From the NCBI GenBank assembly GCA_040218735.1, contig JAVJQW010000008.1, forward strand, positions 320,001-384,000: a DNA stretch of 64,000 nt, read 5' to 3'. Below the pieces are notes generated by a model. The model made no database searches. It was not told the DNA's origin and saw nothing but the letters and a program-made list of their open reading frames with translations. The DNA comes from Deltaproteobacteria bacterium. GTDB taxonomy: Bacteria > Myxococcota > Kuafuiibacteriia > Kuafuiibacteriales > Kuafuiibacteriaceae. Below, in pieces: positions 41,401-50,991 of the stretch (position 1 is the stretch's first letter; every line of letters begins with the position of its first letter). Made by a program: the position numbers and the translations under genes.

Positions 41401-43785
41401 TCACCGCCCCCCGCGCAACCTCGCGTCTCGCTTCTCGACCAACTGCGCCAGGCGCGCCTCGCGCACGCCCACCAGCACCTCGTCGCCTTTCGCCCCTTCG
41501 ACCCGTGCGCGCGCGATCGCGATCCTCAGGCGGTGATCATCCCCGACGTCGCGGGCCGCCTGCTCGCCGATGCTTCGCAGCACCGCGTCCGCCGACTCCG
41601 TTTCTCCCAGGGCGATCCGCGCGCGCTGTAGCAGGTACTCCGCCTCCAAGCGCTCCCAGTGGCGGGCGTGCAGGATCTCGCTTCGCACCGACAGGCACCG
41701 CTCCGCGAAGCGCTTCGCCTCCTCGGCGTCGCCCTGCAACAACGCGAGCTCACTCGCGACCGCGTCCAGCTCGGCCATGCGGATGTGTTTCCCGTCCACC
41801 GTGCGCTCGAACTGCGCGCGGCTCGCCGCCAACAACTTCGCCGCCGACTCGAGCTCACCCTTCGCCATGAGAACGCGCGCGAGCACGAGCTTCGCGCGCG
41901 CGCCGATGTACACCGTGCCCTCGCCCTCACACAGCGCGACCGCCTCGCGCGCGATCCGCTCCGCTTCGTCGAAGTCACCCCGGAGCAACGCCACCTCCGC
42001 CAGTCCGCGCGTCGCGCGGCTGACGTCCGGGTGCTTCGAGCCCCGGCGCTCTCCGATCAACCGGCCGCTCTCCGTGAACGCCGCCTTCGCCTTCACCAGG
42101 CGGTCCCCCGCGAGCGCGATGATCCCCACGTCCAGCAACAACCAACCCTCGACCTGCGTGTTCGTGAGTTGTCGCGCCTCGACCCCCCTCATCGCCCGGT
42201 CGAGGAAGTCCAACGACTCGTCGATCCTCCCCTCGTACTCGAACATCAGGTCCGCCATCGCGATGAACGAACGCGCCGTCTGCAGGTCCAAGTCACCGAA
42301 GAGCTCCCGCCGGATCTCCAACGAACGCCGCAGATGCGGCTCCGCGTCCTCGAAGCGCGACAGCCGCCGGTACGCGACCCCGATCGACTCCCGAACCGAC
42401 GCCTCGACCTCCGGGTGCTGACCCAGATCCTCCTCGATCGAGCGCGACGCGATACCCATCACCTCGAGCAACGACAGCTTCCCGCCCCCGTACTCGGGGT
42501 CGACGTGGAACAGCACCTTCTGAAGGAACGCCGACGCCTTCGCCGCATTATCCGCGCGCCGCGCCGCGAGCGCCTCGGCCTCGCGCGCGTCCTGCAGCCC
42601 CACCCACAGACCAATCACGCCCGCCAAACCCGCGATGAACACCAACGCGACCGCCGAGCTCAAGTACCGCTTGCGCTTGACGAACTTGATCAGCCGATAG
42701 GCCGCACCCGGCTTCCCCGCCTGGACCGGCTCGTCCACGAGGTACCGCCGAACATCATCGCGAAACGCGCTCGCCGACTCATAGCGGTGCGTCCGGTCCT
42801 TCGCGATCGCGCACATCACGACCCGGTCCAGGTCCCCGCGAAGCGCACGCGGCCACCGGCTCGTCCGCGCGCTGGGTTTCACGGGATCGACTTCTCGGAT
42901 AATCCGGCGAATTTCTCCGTACCCACCCGATCGAAGCGCGTTCGAATCGAACGGCAACTCACCCGTGATGATCTGGTACAGCATCACGCCGAGTGAGTAG
43001 ACGTCGGTGCGTGTGTCGACATCGAGCCCCGACATCTCCGCCTGCTCCGGTGACATGTACTCAGGCGTCCCGATGAGTTGGCCCTGCTCGGTGAAGAACG
43101 TGTGCTCCGACAGCCGCGCCGAGGTCGCCTTCATGACCCCGAAGTCGATGATCTTCGGCGCCGGACCCGAATCCTGCACGGCCACCAGGACGTTCGATGG
43201 CTTGATGTCCCGGTGGATGATGCCCTTCTGGTGCGCGTGGTGAACCGCGTCGCAGACCTGCAGGAACAGCTCGAGGCGATCGCGCAGCGCCAGCTCGTGG
43301 GTGTCGCAGTACTCGTGGATCGGCACCCCCCGCACGAGCTCCATCACGAAGAACGGACGCCCGTTGTCCGTGCTCCCCGCATCGAACACCCGCGCGACAC
43401 CGGGGTGGTCGAGCATCGCGAGCGCCTGCCGCTCGGCCTCGAAGCGCGCGATCACCTCCTTGGTGTCCATGCCGAGCTTGATCACCTTGATCGCGACGCG
43501 CCGACGGATCGGCTGCGTCTGCTCCGCGGCGTAGACGACGCCCATGCCGCCCTCGCCGAGCACTTCGAGCACGCGGTAAGGCCCGATCCGTTCCGGCACC
43601 GGGTCGATGACCGGGGCGGTCTCCACACCCTCGGCGCGTTCGTGCGCTTCGAGCAGTCGCCCGAGTCGCTCGATGCGTTCCGCATCTCCCGCGTGCCGAA
43701 TCGCGATGTAGTGCCGCCGGGCCTCCGGGCTCTGATCGAGCACCTCGTGGAACAGGTCGATCTCCGAAGTCGAGTCCGCGCTCAT
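41401..43785 (-). CDS. Ser/Thr protein kinase with TM helix and TPR repeats
   Basis: LGEGGMGVVY, VAIKVIK, HRDIKPSN, DFG, GTPEYMSPEQ. TPR-like LRRSLEIRRELFG. Confidence 0.93.
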   Translation of the reverse strand: MSADSTSEIDLFHEVLDQSPEARRHYIAIRHAGDAERIERLGRLLEAHERAEGVETAPVIDPVPERIGPYRVLEVLGEGGMGVVYAAEQTQPIRRRVAIKVIKLGMDTKEVIARFEAERQALAMLDHPGVARVFDAGSTDNGRPFFVMELVRGVPIHEYCDTHELALRDRLELFLQVCDAVHHAHQKGIIHRDIKPSNVLVAVQDSGPAPKIIDFGVMKATSARLSEHTFFTEQGQLIGTPEYMSPEQAEMSGLDVDTRTDVYSLGVMLYQIITGELPFDSNALRSGGYGEIRRIIREVDPVKPSARTSRWPRALRGDLDRVVMCAIAKDRTHRYESASAFRDDVRRYLVDEPVQAGKPGAAYRLIKFVKRKRYLSSAVALVFIAGLAGVIGLWVGLQDAREAEALAARRADNAAKASAFLQKVLFHVDPEYGGGKLSLLEVMGIASRSIEEDLGQHPEVEASVRESIGVAYRRLSRFEDAEPHLRRSLEIRRELFGDLDLQTARSFIAMADLMFEYEGRIDESLDFLDRAMRGVEARQLTNTQVEGWLLLDVGIIALAGDRLVKAKAAFTESGRLIGERRGSKHPDVSRATRGLAEVALLRGDFDEAERIAREAVALCEGEGTVYIGARAKLVLARVLMAKGELESAAKLLAASRAQFERTVDGKHIRMAELDAVASELALLQGDAEEAKRFAERCLSVRSEILHARHWERLEAEYLLQRARIALGETESADAVLRSIGEQAARDVGDDHRLRIAIARARVEGAKGDEVLVGVREARLAQLVEKRDARLRGGR

Positions 43786-43795
43786 GCCACGACCG

Positions 43796-44347
43796 TCACG
43801 CAGACATGCGTTCGAAGAGCCAGGCGCGCGCGTAAGTCCAGTTACGCTTCACCGTCGACGCCGACTCCCCGAGCACCTCGGCCGTCTCTTCGACCGTCAT
43901 ACCCGCGAAGTAGCGGAGCTTCACGACCGACGCCAGGTGCGCGTTGTGCGCTTCGAGCGCTTCGAGCGCGCCGTCCATCGCAACGATGTCGATGTCCGGG
44001 TCGTCCGCCGCCACGTTCATCTCGTTGAACGTCACACGGTTCATGTCACCACCGCGCTTCGCCGCGCCGCGTTTGCGCGCGTGCTCGACGAGGATCCGAC
44101 GCATCCCCTCCGCCGCCGCGCCGAAGAAGTGCGCGCGGCTCTCCCAGCGCGGCTCACCTTGCACGAGCCGCATCCACGCCTCGTGCACGACCTCCGTCGG
44201 CTGCAGCGTATGACCCGGTCGCTCGCGGCGCATACGCGCCCCCGCGAGGCGCCGGAGCTCGCCGTACACCTGTTCGTAGAGCTGCCGGCTCGCTCCGGCT
44301 TCGCCTTCGCGCACGGCCTCCAGCAGGTAGGTGACGTCCGACGACAT
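43796..44347 (-). CDS. ECF sigma factor (kinase-associated TIGR02999-like family)
   Basis: VYGELRRLA...HTLQPTEVVHEAWMRL...MRRILVEHAR...KRGG...VKLRYFAG. Confidence 0.9.
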   Translation of the reverse strand: MSSDVTYLLEAVREGEAGASRQLYEQVYGELRRLAGARMRRERPGHTLQPTEVVHEAWMRLVQGEPRWESRAHFFGAAAEGMRRILVEHARKRGAAKRGGDMNRVTFNEMNVAADDPDIDIVAMDGALEALEAHNAHLASVVKLRYFAGMTVEETAEVLGESASTVKRNWTYARAWLFERMSA

Positions 44348-44434
44348 CGACGCGCCGAGTGTAGCTCAACCCGTCCGGAACGTGAGCCATTTCGTCGGCC
44401 GTTTGCGCATGAAGGATTGCATGGGTGAAGTCCG

Positions 44435-44878
44435 ATGAGCCCCCAATGCTACGCATCGCTCGACGAAGTCGAGGCGCTGATCGCGAGGTTCGAAGCGGGC
44501 GAGCTCCCGCTGCGCGAGTGGACCCACGCGACGCACCTCACCGTCGGGGTCTGGTATCTACTGCACCTCCCCGAGCACGAAGCGGCGGCGCGCACGATCG
44601 ACGGCATCCGCGCGCACAACCGCGTGCACGGGATTCGCCTGGGCGCCCACCGCGGCTACCACGAGACCATCACGCTCTTCTGGCTGGCGGTGACCCGCAG
44701 CTTCCTCGACCGCGTCACGAAACACGACGCGCCCCTCGAGCTCGTCAACGCGTTCGTCGCCGAGCTCTCGCATCGCTCGTCGCTGATCTTCGACTTCTAC
44801 AGCCGCGCGCGCCTGCAGTCTTGGAAGGCGCGCCACTACTGGATCGAGCCCGACCTCCAGTCGCTCGCTTCGATCTGA
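44435..44878 (+). CDS. Conserved hypothetical helical protein
   Basis: WTHATHL...GYHETITLFW...YS...AR..W.EPDL motif pattern. Confidence 0.75.
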   Translation: MSPQCYASLDEVEALIARFEAGELPLREWTHATHLTVGVWYLLHLPEHEAAARTIDGIRAHNRVHGIRLGAHRGYHETITLFWLAVTRSFLDRVTKHDAPLELVNAFVAELSHRSSLIFDFYSRARLQSWKARHYWIEPDLQSLASI

Positions 44879-44925
44879 ACCCTCTCGCCATTCCTGACTT
44901 CCCGACGTCGACTCGAAACGACGAA

Positions 44926-44963
44926 ACGGTCATCGGCGCTTCCTTCGAAGCTCCGATGACCGT
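44926..44963. terminator. Long stem-loop between convergent genes
   Basis: ACGGTCATCGG-C-GCTTC-CTTC-GAAGC-T-CCGATGACCGT. A second hairpin GCCCGGC/GCCGGGC lies at 45000-45018. Confidence 0.55.
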
Positions 44964-45026
44964 CGCTTGGATTTTGCTGACTCGAGGGGAGGGGGCGCGG
45001 CCCGGCAGGACGCCGGGCGTTATGGC

Positions 45027-48000
45027 CTAGTTGGCGGGCTCGTCGTAGAAGAAGTCCAGGCTGACGTTGCTCGGGTACTGCGAGCTGCTCAGCAGCCGGC
45101 TCTGCGCCGGGTACGACGTGACGGGGGGGTGCGCGTCCATCCGAACGGTGTTCCGGGTGTCGGTGCTGTCGACGGTGCTCACCGAGTCACGGAGCTGGTT
45201 CACCCGCGGTCGGGTCGCGCCAGGATTCGCCCGCGGGTTGATCGTCCCCGCGGTCGCCGGGTCCATCCCGTTTTCACGAAGGAGCCGCTCCAGGGCGTTG
45301 TCGTCGAAGTGCCCAGCACCGGGATCGCCGATGAGGTCGAACGAACCCAGCGAGTTCCCCCGCGGGCGACCAATCCGCAGTCGCGGCATCCGCATGTTTC
45401 CGATCCGGCGCGCAGCGCCGCGGAACGGCGCGCTGACCCACCGACCGAAGGTGCGCGCGCCGCTCAGCATCCCACTCCCGATGCCGCGGAGTGACGGCAT
45501 ACGCAGCAGACCGCTCGGGTCCGTGAACGAGCCCGGGTTGTTGAGCACGTAGCTGTACCGCGCGACCGCCTCCGGAAGGCGCTCCGGCCGGACCTCGGAC
45601 ACGGCGGTGAACGCCGGGTCGGGGCTCATCCACTGGCCCGTCTGCGTCGAAAGGTAGCGGTGGGCGAAGCGCACCAGGCCGGTGTGCGGCTCGTGCTCCT
45701 GACCCGTGTACCCGTACCGGTCGACGTGGCCCGCCGCCGCCGAGACCTCACCGAAGTCGGAGAAGCTGCGGCGCCCGAGCACCGAACCGTCGTCGCCCGT
45801 CGCGAGGACGATCGAGCCGAGGTGGTCCTGGTGGAGCGCGACCACGTCGGGGCGACCCTCGGCGAGCATCTTGCGCGCGACGGTCGCGAGCCAACGCTCG
45901 TGACCGGCGACCCCGTCGATGCGCGCGCGGTACGCGCCGCCCGCGTCGACAGAGCCGTTCGTCCCGAGCCAGGTGGCCGCGAAGTCCGCCGACTCGAGGC
46001 GAGCCACGCGCTTGCGGTCGATGCGCACGTAGACGACGCCGATGCCGTCGTGAACCTCGAAGTCCGCGTCGACGTAGTGGGAGACCTCGTCGCCGTCGTG
46101 ACGCGCAATGCGGTAGTGGTCGGCGCCGTACACCGAGCGCACGTCACGCGGACCGACGCTCGCGACGAGCCGACCCTGGAAGTCCCAGGTGTTCTCGAAG
46201 CCGTTCGCCGAGACGACGTTACCGGCCGCGTCGTACGCGATCGAAGCGCTGCCGACCGCCACGGGGGCGCCCGGTCGTGCGTCGTAGCGGTACTCGGCGC
46301 CGCTCTTCGCCAGCACGTTGTCGAGCAGGTCGAAGGCCATCGAGTCCGTCCGGTCGCCGCGAGCGATCTCGGTCGAGCGGTACCACGCGTCGTACCCGTA
46401 CGTCGTCGGCGGCATCATCGCCTCCGCCGCCGAGTCCGCGAGGTCGACCACGTTGTTCGAACGGTCGCGCCGGAGCTCGATCGCCTGGAGCGTGTTCGAT
46501 CCGGAGGCGACCGAGACGCCGTCGAGGCGCAGCCGCGAGTCGTAGCGCGTCTGCTCCACGACACCGTTGGTGTGCATCAGCTCGTCCTGCAGCCCCTGGT
46601 CGTTGTAGGTGACCTCGTCGATCACGCCGGGGATGCCGACCACCCGCGAAGCGCCGTCGTACGCGAGCTCGAGGTTGCGGCCGTCGGGGAAGACACGCTC
46701 CACCGTGCGGTTCGCGTTGTCGTAGCGCGTCTCGACCGAGTACGTCTGGCCCTCGATGACTCGCGTCATCAGGAACGGCCGACGACGCACGTCGTAGCCG
46801 AAGAAGTCCGCGCCGCCGGGGTACGTACGCGCCGTGATGTGGCCGGACGTGTTCGGGCAGCGGCTGAGCTCGCAGTCCGACGAGAAGTCGTACTGCGTCG
46901 CGATCAGCGTGCCGTCGCGGTTGGCCGCGTCGAAGCGTTCGATCTCGCGGTTCAGGCCGTCGAACCCGTAGGTCACGGCGATCCCGCGCGCGTCGACGCG
47001 TCCGATCATGTTGCCGGCGTCGTCGTACGTGAACGTCGTCGTACCCGAGTTCGGATCCTCCACGCGGACCAGGCGGCCGAGCGCGTCGTGCTCCTGCTTC
47101 TTCGCGTGGCCCATCGCGTCGACGTAGCCGGCGGCGAAGCCCAGCGCGTCGTACTCGAGGTGCGTCACGGCGGACTCACCGACGAGGCGTCGCTCGGTGG
47201 CGACGAGTCGGCCGAGGCCGTCGACCGTCTCGATCTCGGGCGTGTCGGCGTGCGGGCTCGAGGCGTCGTTGTCCTCGCCGTCGAGCTTCACCGTGCGAAG
47301 CGGGAGGTAGGCACGACGACTGAACGAGGCGCCACCGGGGACGTCCTGGTCTTCGTGCTTCTCTTCGATCATCCGACCGACACCGTCGTAGCGGAACGTC
47401 CGCGACCGCGTGCTCGCGGGCGGCGCGACGTCACACTCAGCCGAGCCGCTGGTGTAGTGCTGGAAGACCTCGATCGGCTCGGAGCGCAGGTTGAACCGCG
47501 TGAAGCCATCGACGACGTACTCACCGGCGTCGACCATCTTGCGCGTCTGGTACGTGCGGCCACGTCCATCGACGCAGGCGATCGATTCGATGTCGAGCGC
47601 GCCACCGACCTCCGAACGGCGCCGAGTGATGACCCGCGTGGTGGGGTTGCCAAGCTCGTAGGTGTACTCGATCGACGGGCTCGCACCGGTGTCACCACCT
47701 GGGAGGAGCGTGCTCGCGATCCGTCCGAACGCATCGTAGGTGTACGCGGTCGCGTCCGCCGCGGTGACCGCGGTGTCGCCCTCGACGCGCATCCACGAAG
47801 ACGCGAGGACCGGCTTGTCGAACAGGTCGTCGTGCTGGAACGTGCGGCGGAGTCGGTACGCCGTGCCGTCCGGCGAGGTGTTGAGGAGGTCCGTCTGGAC
47901 CACGCGCAGGCCGTCGGCGTCGTAGGTGTAGACGCGACGGTGATCGGCGCCGCCGATGGTGCCGTTGGGATCGATCGTCTCGACCGCGTTGCCGTGGACG

Positions 48001-50951
48001 TCGAACCGCTGCCGCGTCGCCTCGATCGTTTCTGCGCCGTCGACCCGGCTCGTCATGCGCGTCAACTTACCTTGCGTGAGCTGACCCTCCGCGAGACCGA
48101 CGAAGTCGTCGCCGTCGTAGTGGTAGATGTCCTCCGCGAACTGACCGCTACCGTCCGCGACGCCGAAGCGACGCTCGCGCGCGATGGCGTTGATGAGCCA
48201 CCGGCCGTTGGTGTTCGTCACCGGGACGTAGGTGCGCTCGACGAACCGCTCGTCGCCCGTGCATTGGCTCCCGCAGGGCGCCCCGAAGTCACCCGCGGCG
48301 CGCTGGCAGGGCTCACACGAGCCGCCGCCGACCGAGACGACGCCGAGCTCCGACATCAGGGCGACGTTGCCGTACCCGTCGTAGCTCATCTGCGTCTGCG
48401 TGGTGACCCACTCGCTGGCCTCCGTACCTTCCTTGGTCACCGTCTCCGTGCTGACTTCGCAGGCGTAGCCGATCGGCCGCCGGCCGAGAGCGGCGAGTTG
48501 GGCGTTGGTGAGGACCTCGGCGACCGGGCACTCGGAGGCGTCGCCGTAGACGTGCGTCGTCTCGTCGACGATCGCACCGTCGGACTCGCGCTGCTCGAAG
48601 AGCTTTCGGCCGTTGAGGTGCGGGGCGTCGCGGCCCACGTCGAAGCGGGAGAGCACGCGGCCGTCGAGGCGCGTCTCGTCGCTGCCGAGGAGCTCGAGCA
48701 CCTCCGCGTAGCCGCGGAACTGACGCTCGACGCCGTCGTAGAACCCATCGCGGTAGCGGTAGTCCGTGACGTCGTGGACGTCCGTCAGGAGGTCGAACTC
48801 ATCGGTCTGCGACACCACCGTCATCGGGTAGGGCAGCGGGTGGATCCACGGCGAACCCTCCTCGGCGGAGAGCGCCATCTGCTGCACCGAAGGCTGATAC
48901 GCGATGTTCGTGACGCGGCCGATTCCGTTTTCGATACGCGTCAGCAGGTGTGAGCGAACCGGGAAGAGGTCGAGGTACTGCACGGACCCGTTGGAGCTGA
49001 CCCAGGTGATGTCGACCGAGCCGTTACCGTTCATGTCGGCGGCGAGGACCGTCGTCGTCGACTCACGGTTCGGGAGGCTCGTTCCGCCCGCTTCGGACAG
49101 GGTGCGGACCGCCTCGAAGGCCTCGCCGTTGCGGTTGAGGACGTAGCGGACGGTGTTGCCGCTCGCGACGATGATGTCGGCGAAGCCGTCGCTGTCGAGA
49201 TCCTCGACGAGCGCGAGGTCGACTTCACCGGCGCCGAAGGGGTGACTCAGCGTGGCGAACTGCGACGCGAAGCGCCCGCGGCCGAAGTTGATCTTGTAGC
49301 GGATCTGGTTCGCCTGGAGCTGGACGACGTCCAGTAGCCCGTCCCCGTTCATGTCGGTGAACTGGGTGTTCTCCGAGAACGCGATGCCGAGCGGCGAGAG
49401 GTCCCGACGCACGAAGTCGAAGTTCCCGTCGTTCTCGAAGACAAACGTCTCCGTCGCGGTGCTGCGGATGAGATCGATGTCCATGTCGTTGTCGTAGTCC
49501 ATGAACCGCAGTTCGGCGTCCGCGCCCGTCCACACGGCGGAGCCGGGGAGGTCTTCGAGGTCCGTCCAGTCGCCCGCGCCGCGGTTGACGAGGACGCGCT
49601 GGTCCGTGGTGCCGCCGGCGAGCAGGTCCGTGAACCCGTCGCCGTTGACGTCGAAGAACTGCACGCGCGGGTTACCCACCGCGAACGCCGAGACCTCGCC
49701 GATCGCCGACGTGGTCGGCGCCGCGAACGAGTGCTGGCCGTCCGACGTGAGCTGGTTGAGGAAGAAGCGGTGACGCGCCTGCGCGTTCGAGGCGTCGATC
49801 AGATCCGGCAGCGCGTCGCCGTTGATGTCGACGAGGTTCGCGGTGCCCGCCTGCAGGTCGATGCCGAGGCCCTCGTTGCCGACCATCGTGGTCAGGAACG
49901 GGAGGCCGCAGTCGACGTCTTCACACTGCGCGCCGAGGCCCCGCGAGTACCCGAAGCTGTGCACGATCGGGTAGAGCTCGTCGGTCGAGCCGAACGTCTC
50001 GATCTGGCGGAGGCGGCTGCGACGACCCGACACTGCGTCGCTCTCGTAGGTCAGCGCGTAACGACGCAGCTGACGACCGCGCGTGCGCACGGTGACGCCG
50101 GTGAGGCGCTGCGTGAGCCGCGCGTCGTAGCCGGGCTTGGCGTCGGACACTTCGTCGCTGCGCGCTTCGTATGCGAACTGCACGCGGTAGGTCGGCGTGC
50201 CGTCCGTGAAGACGTACCCGATCTCGGAGACGAGCGAGATCGCGCCGTCCTTCACGTAGTCGTAGCGCACGCGGTGACCGTAGACGTCCACCATCTCGAC
50301 GAGGTGGTACTTGAAGGTCCCCGCGTTCCCGGCTTCGACCGCGCTGGCGACGATGTCGCCGTTTGCGTCCGCACCGAAGAACCCGACGCGGCCGTCCGCG
50401 TACTCGACCTGCCAGTAGCCGCCGGCGCCGCCCGCGCGGTCGACCCACTTGTAGCGCGTGAAGTCCGACTCGAAGCGGTTGCGGTAGATCGCGGCCTCGG
50501 ACGCGCCGATGGTCTCGGACATCCGGACGAGCTCGTTGCCGCCGTCCGCGACGAAGCGATCGTCCTCGTCGTAGCGCGGCACGCCGCGCATCGTCATGCG
50601 CTCGATCGATGGGAGGGACATCATCCAACCCATCCCGAGCGTCGAGGAGCCGCCGCCCGAGCTGTAGGCGAACGACAGCTGGGGCGTCAGACCCGCGAAG
50701 CCCTCCGGAACCTGGACCGGCACCGAGTGCCGCATCAGCCCCATGTTGGGGTCGACGGTCACGTTCTCACCGACACCCTCGAGAGTGCCGGGACCCTCGG
50801 GGAGGCTCACGCGGTCGTCGGAGACGCCGGTGTCGAACGCCAGGGCGGCGGTCGGGTGGAGCGTCGTCATCAGTGCGAGCGCTCCGATCAGGGCGCCGAT
50901 ACGCCCGAGGGACGTTCGCCGTTTCGGGCGTCTGGGTTTGTTGGGATTCAT
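45027..50951 (-). CDS. TcB-TcC-like fusion: SpvB-like N-terminus, FG-GAP propeller, YD/RHS repeats, RHS core and variable C-terminus
   Basis: Signal peptide ending ALA. SLPEGPG, P.LSFAYSSGGG...GMGW, DINGDALPD/DMNGDGLLD repeats, GFYDGVERQFRGY, YTGQE...RYL....GQWMSPDP, YVLNNPGSFTDPSG. Confidence 0.88.
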   Translation of the reverse strand: MNPNKPRRPKRRTSLGRIGALIGALALMTTLHPTAALAFDTGVSDDRVSLPEGPGTLEGVGENVTVDPNMGLMRHSVPVQVPEGFAGLTPQLSFAYSSGGGSSTLGMGWMMSLPSIERMTMRGVPRYDEDDRFVADGGNELVRMSETIGASEAAIYRNRFESDFTRYKWVDRAGGAGGYWQVEYADGRVGFFGADANGDIVASAVEAGNAGTFKYHLVEMVDVYGHRVRYDYVKDGAISLVSEIGYVFTDGTPTYRVQFAYEARSDEVSDAKPGYDARLTQRLTGVTVRTRGRQLRRYALTYESDAVSGRRSRLRQIETFGSTDELYPIVHSFGYSRGLGAQCEDVDCGLPFLTTMVGNEGLGIDLQAGTANLVDINGDALPDLIDASNAQARHRFFLNQLTSDGQHSFAAPTTSAIGEVSAFAVGNPRVQFFDVNGDGFTDLLAGGTTDQRVLVNRGAGDWTDLEDLPGSAVWTGADAELRFMDYDNDMDIDLIRSTATETFVFENDGNFDFVRRDLSPLGIAFSENTQFTDMNGDGLLDVVQLQANQIRYKINFGRGRFASQFATLSHPFGAGEVDLALVEDLDSDGFADIIVASGNTVRYVLNRNGEAFEAVRTLSEAGGTSLPNRESTTTVLAADMNGNGSVDITWVSSNGSVQYLDLFPVRSHLLTRIENGIGRVTNIAYQPSVQQMALSAEEGSPWIHPLPYPMTVVSQTDEFDLLTDVHDVTDYRYRDGFYDGVERQFRGYAEVLELLGSDETRLDGRVLSRFDVGRDAPHLNGRKLFEQRESDGAIVDETTHVYGDASECPVAEVLTNAQLAALGRRPIGYACEVSTETVTKEGTEASEWVTTQTQMSYDGYGNVALMSELGVVSVGGGSCEPCQRAAGDFGAPCGSQCTGDERFVERTYVPVTNTNGRWLINAIARERRFGVADGSGQFAEDIYHYDGDDFVGLAEGQLTQGKLTRMTSRVDGAETIEATRQRFDVHGNAVETIDPNGTIGGADHRRVYTYDADGLRVVQTDLLNTSPDGTAYRLRRTFQHDDLFDKPVLASSWMRVEGDTAVTAADATAYTYDAFGRIASTLLPGGDTGASPSIEYTYELGNPTTRVITRRRSEVGGALDIESIACVDGRGRTYQTRKMVDAGEYVVDGFTRFNLRSEPIEVFQHYTSGSAECDVAPPASTRSRTFRYDGVGRMIEEKHEDQDVPGGASFSRRAYLPLRTVKLDGEDNDASSPHADTPEIETVDGLGRLVATERRLVGESAVTHLEYDALGFAAGYVDAMGHAKKQEHDALGRLVRVEDPNSGTTTFTYDDAGNMIGRVDARGIAVTYGFDGLNREIERFDAANRDGTLIATQYDFSSDCELSRCPNTSGHITARTYPGGADFFGYDVRRRPFLMTRVIEGQTYSVETRYDNANRTVERVFPDGRNLELAYDGASRVVGIPGVIDEVTYNDQGLQDELMHTNGVVEQTRYDSRLRLDGVSVASGSNTLQAIELRRDRSNNVVDLADSAAEAMMPPTTYGYDAWYRSTEIARGDRTDSMAFDLLDNVLAKSGAEYRYDARPGAPVAVGSASIAYDAAGNVVSANGFENTWDFQGRLVASVGPRDVRSVYGADHYRIARHDGDEVSHYVDADFEVHDGIGVVYVRIDRKRVARLESADFAATWLGTNGSVDAGGAYRARIDGVAGHERWLATVARKMLAEGRPDVVALHQDHLGSIVLATGDDGSVLGRRSFSDFGEVSAAAGHVDRYGYTGQEHEPHTGLVRFAHRYLSTQTGQWMSPDPAFTAVSEVRPERLPEAVARYSYVLNNPGSFTDPSGLLRMPSLRGIGSGMLSGARTFGRWVSAPFRGAARRIGNMRMPRLRIGRPRGNSLGSFDLIGDPGAGHFDDNALERLLRENGMDPATAGTINPRANPGATRPRVNQLRDSVSTVDSTDTRNTVRMDAHPPVTSYPAQSRLLSSSQYPSNVSLDFFYDEPAN

Positions 50952-50991
50952 CGTCTCTATTTCCTCTCGATTTCGAAGTGAGTTGCCGTGT

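Noticed and set aside
44435-44878. Immunity gene for the RHS cargo
   Set aside because: Convergent orientation and separated by hairpins; no positive evidence, although not formally excluded.
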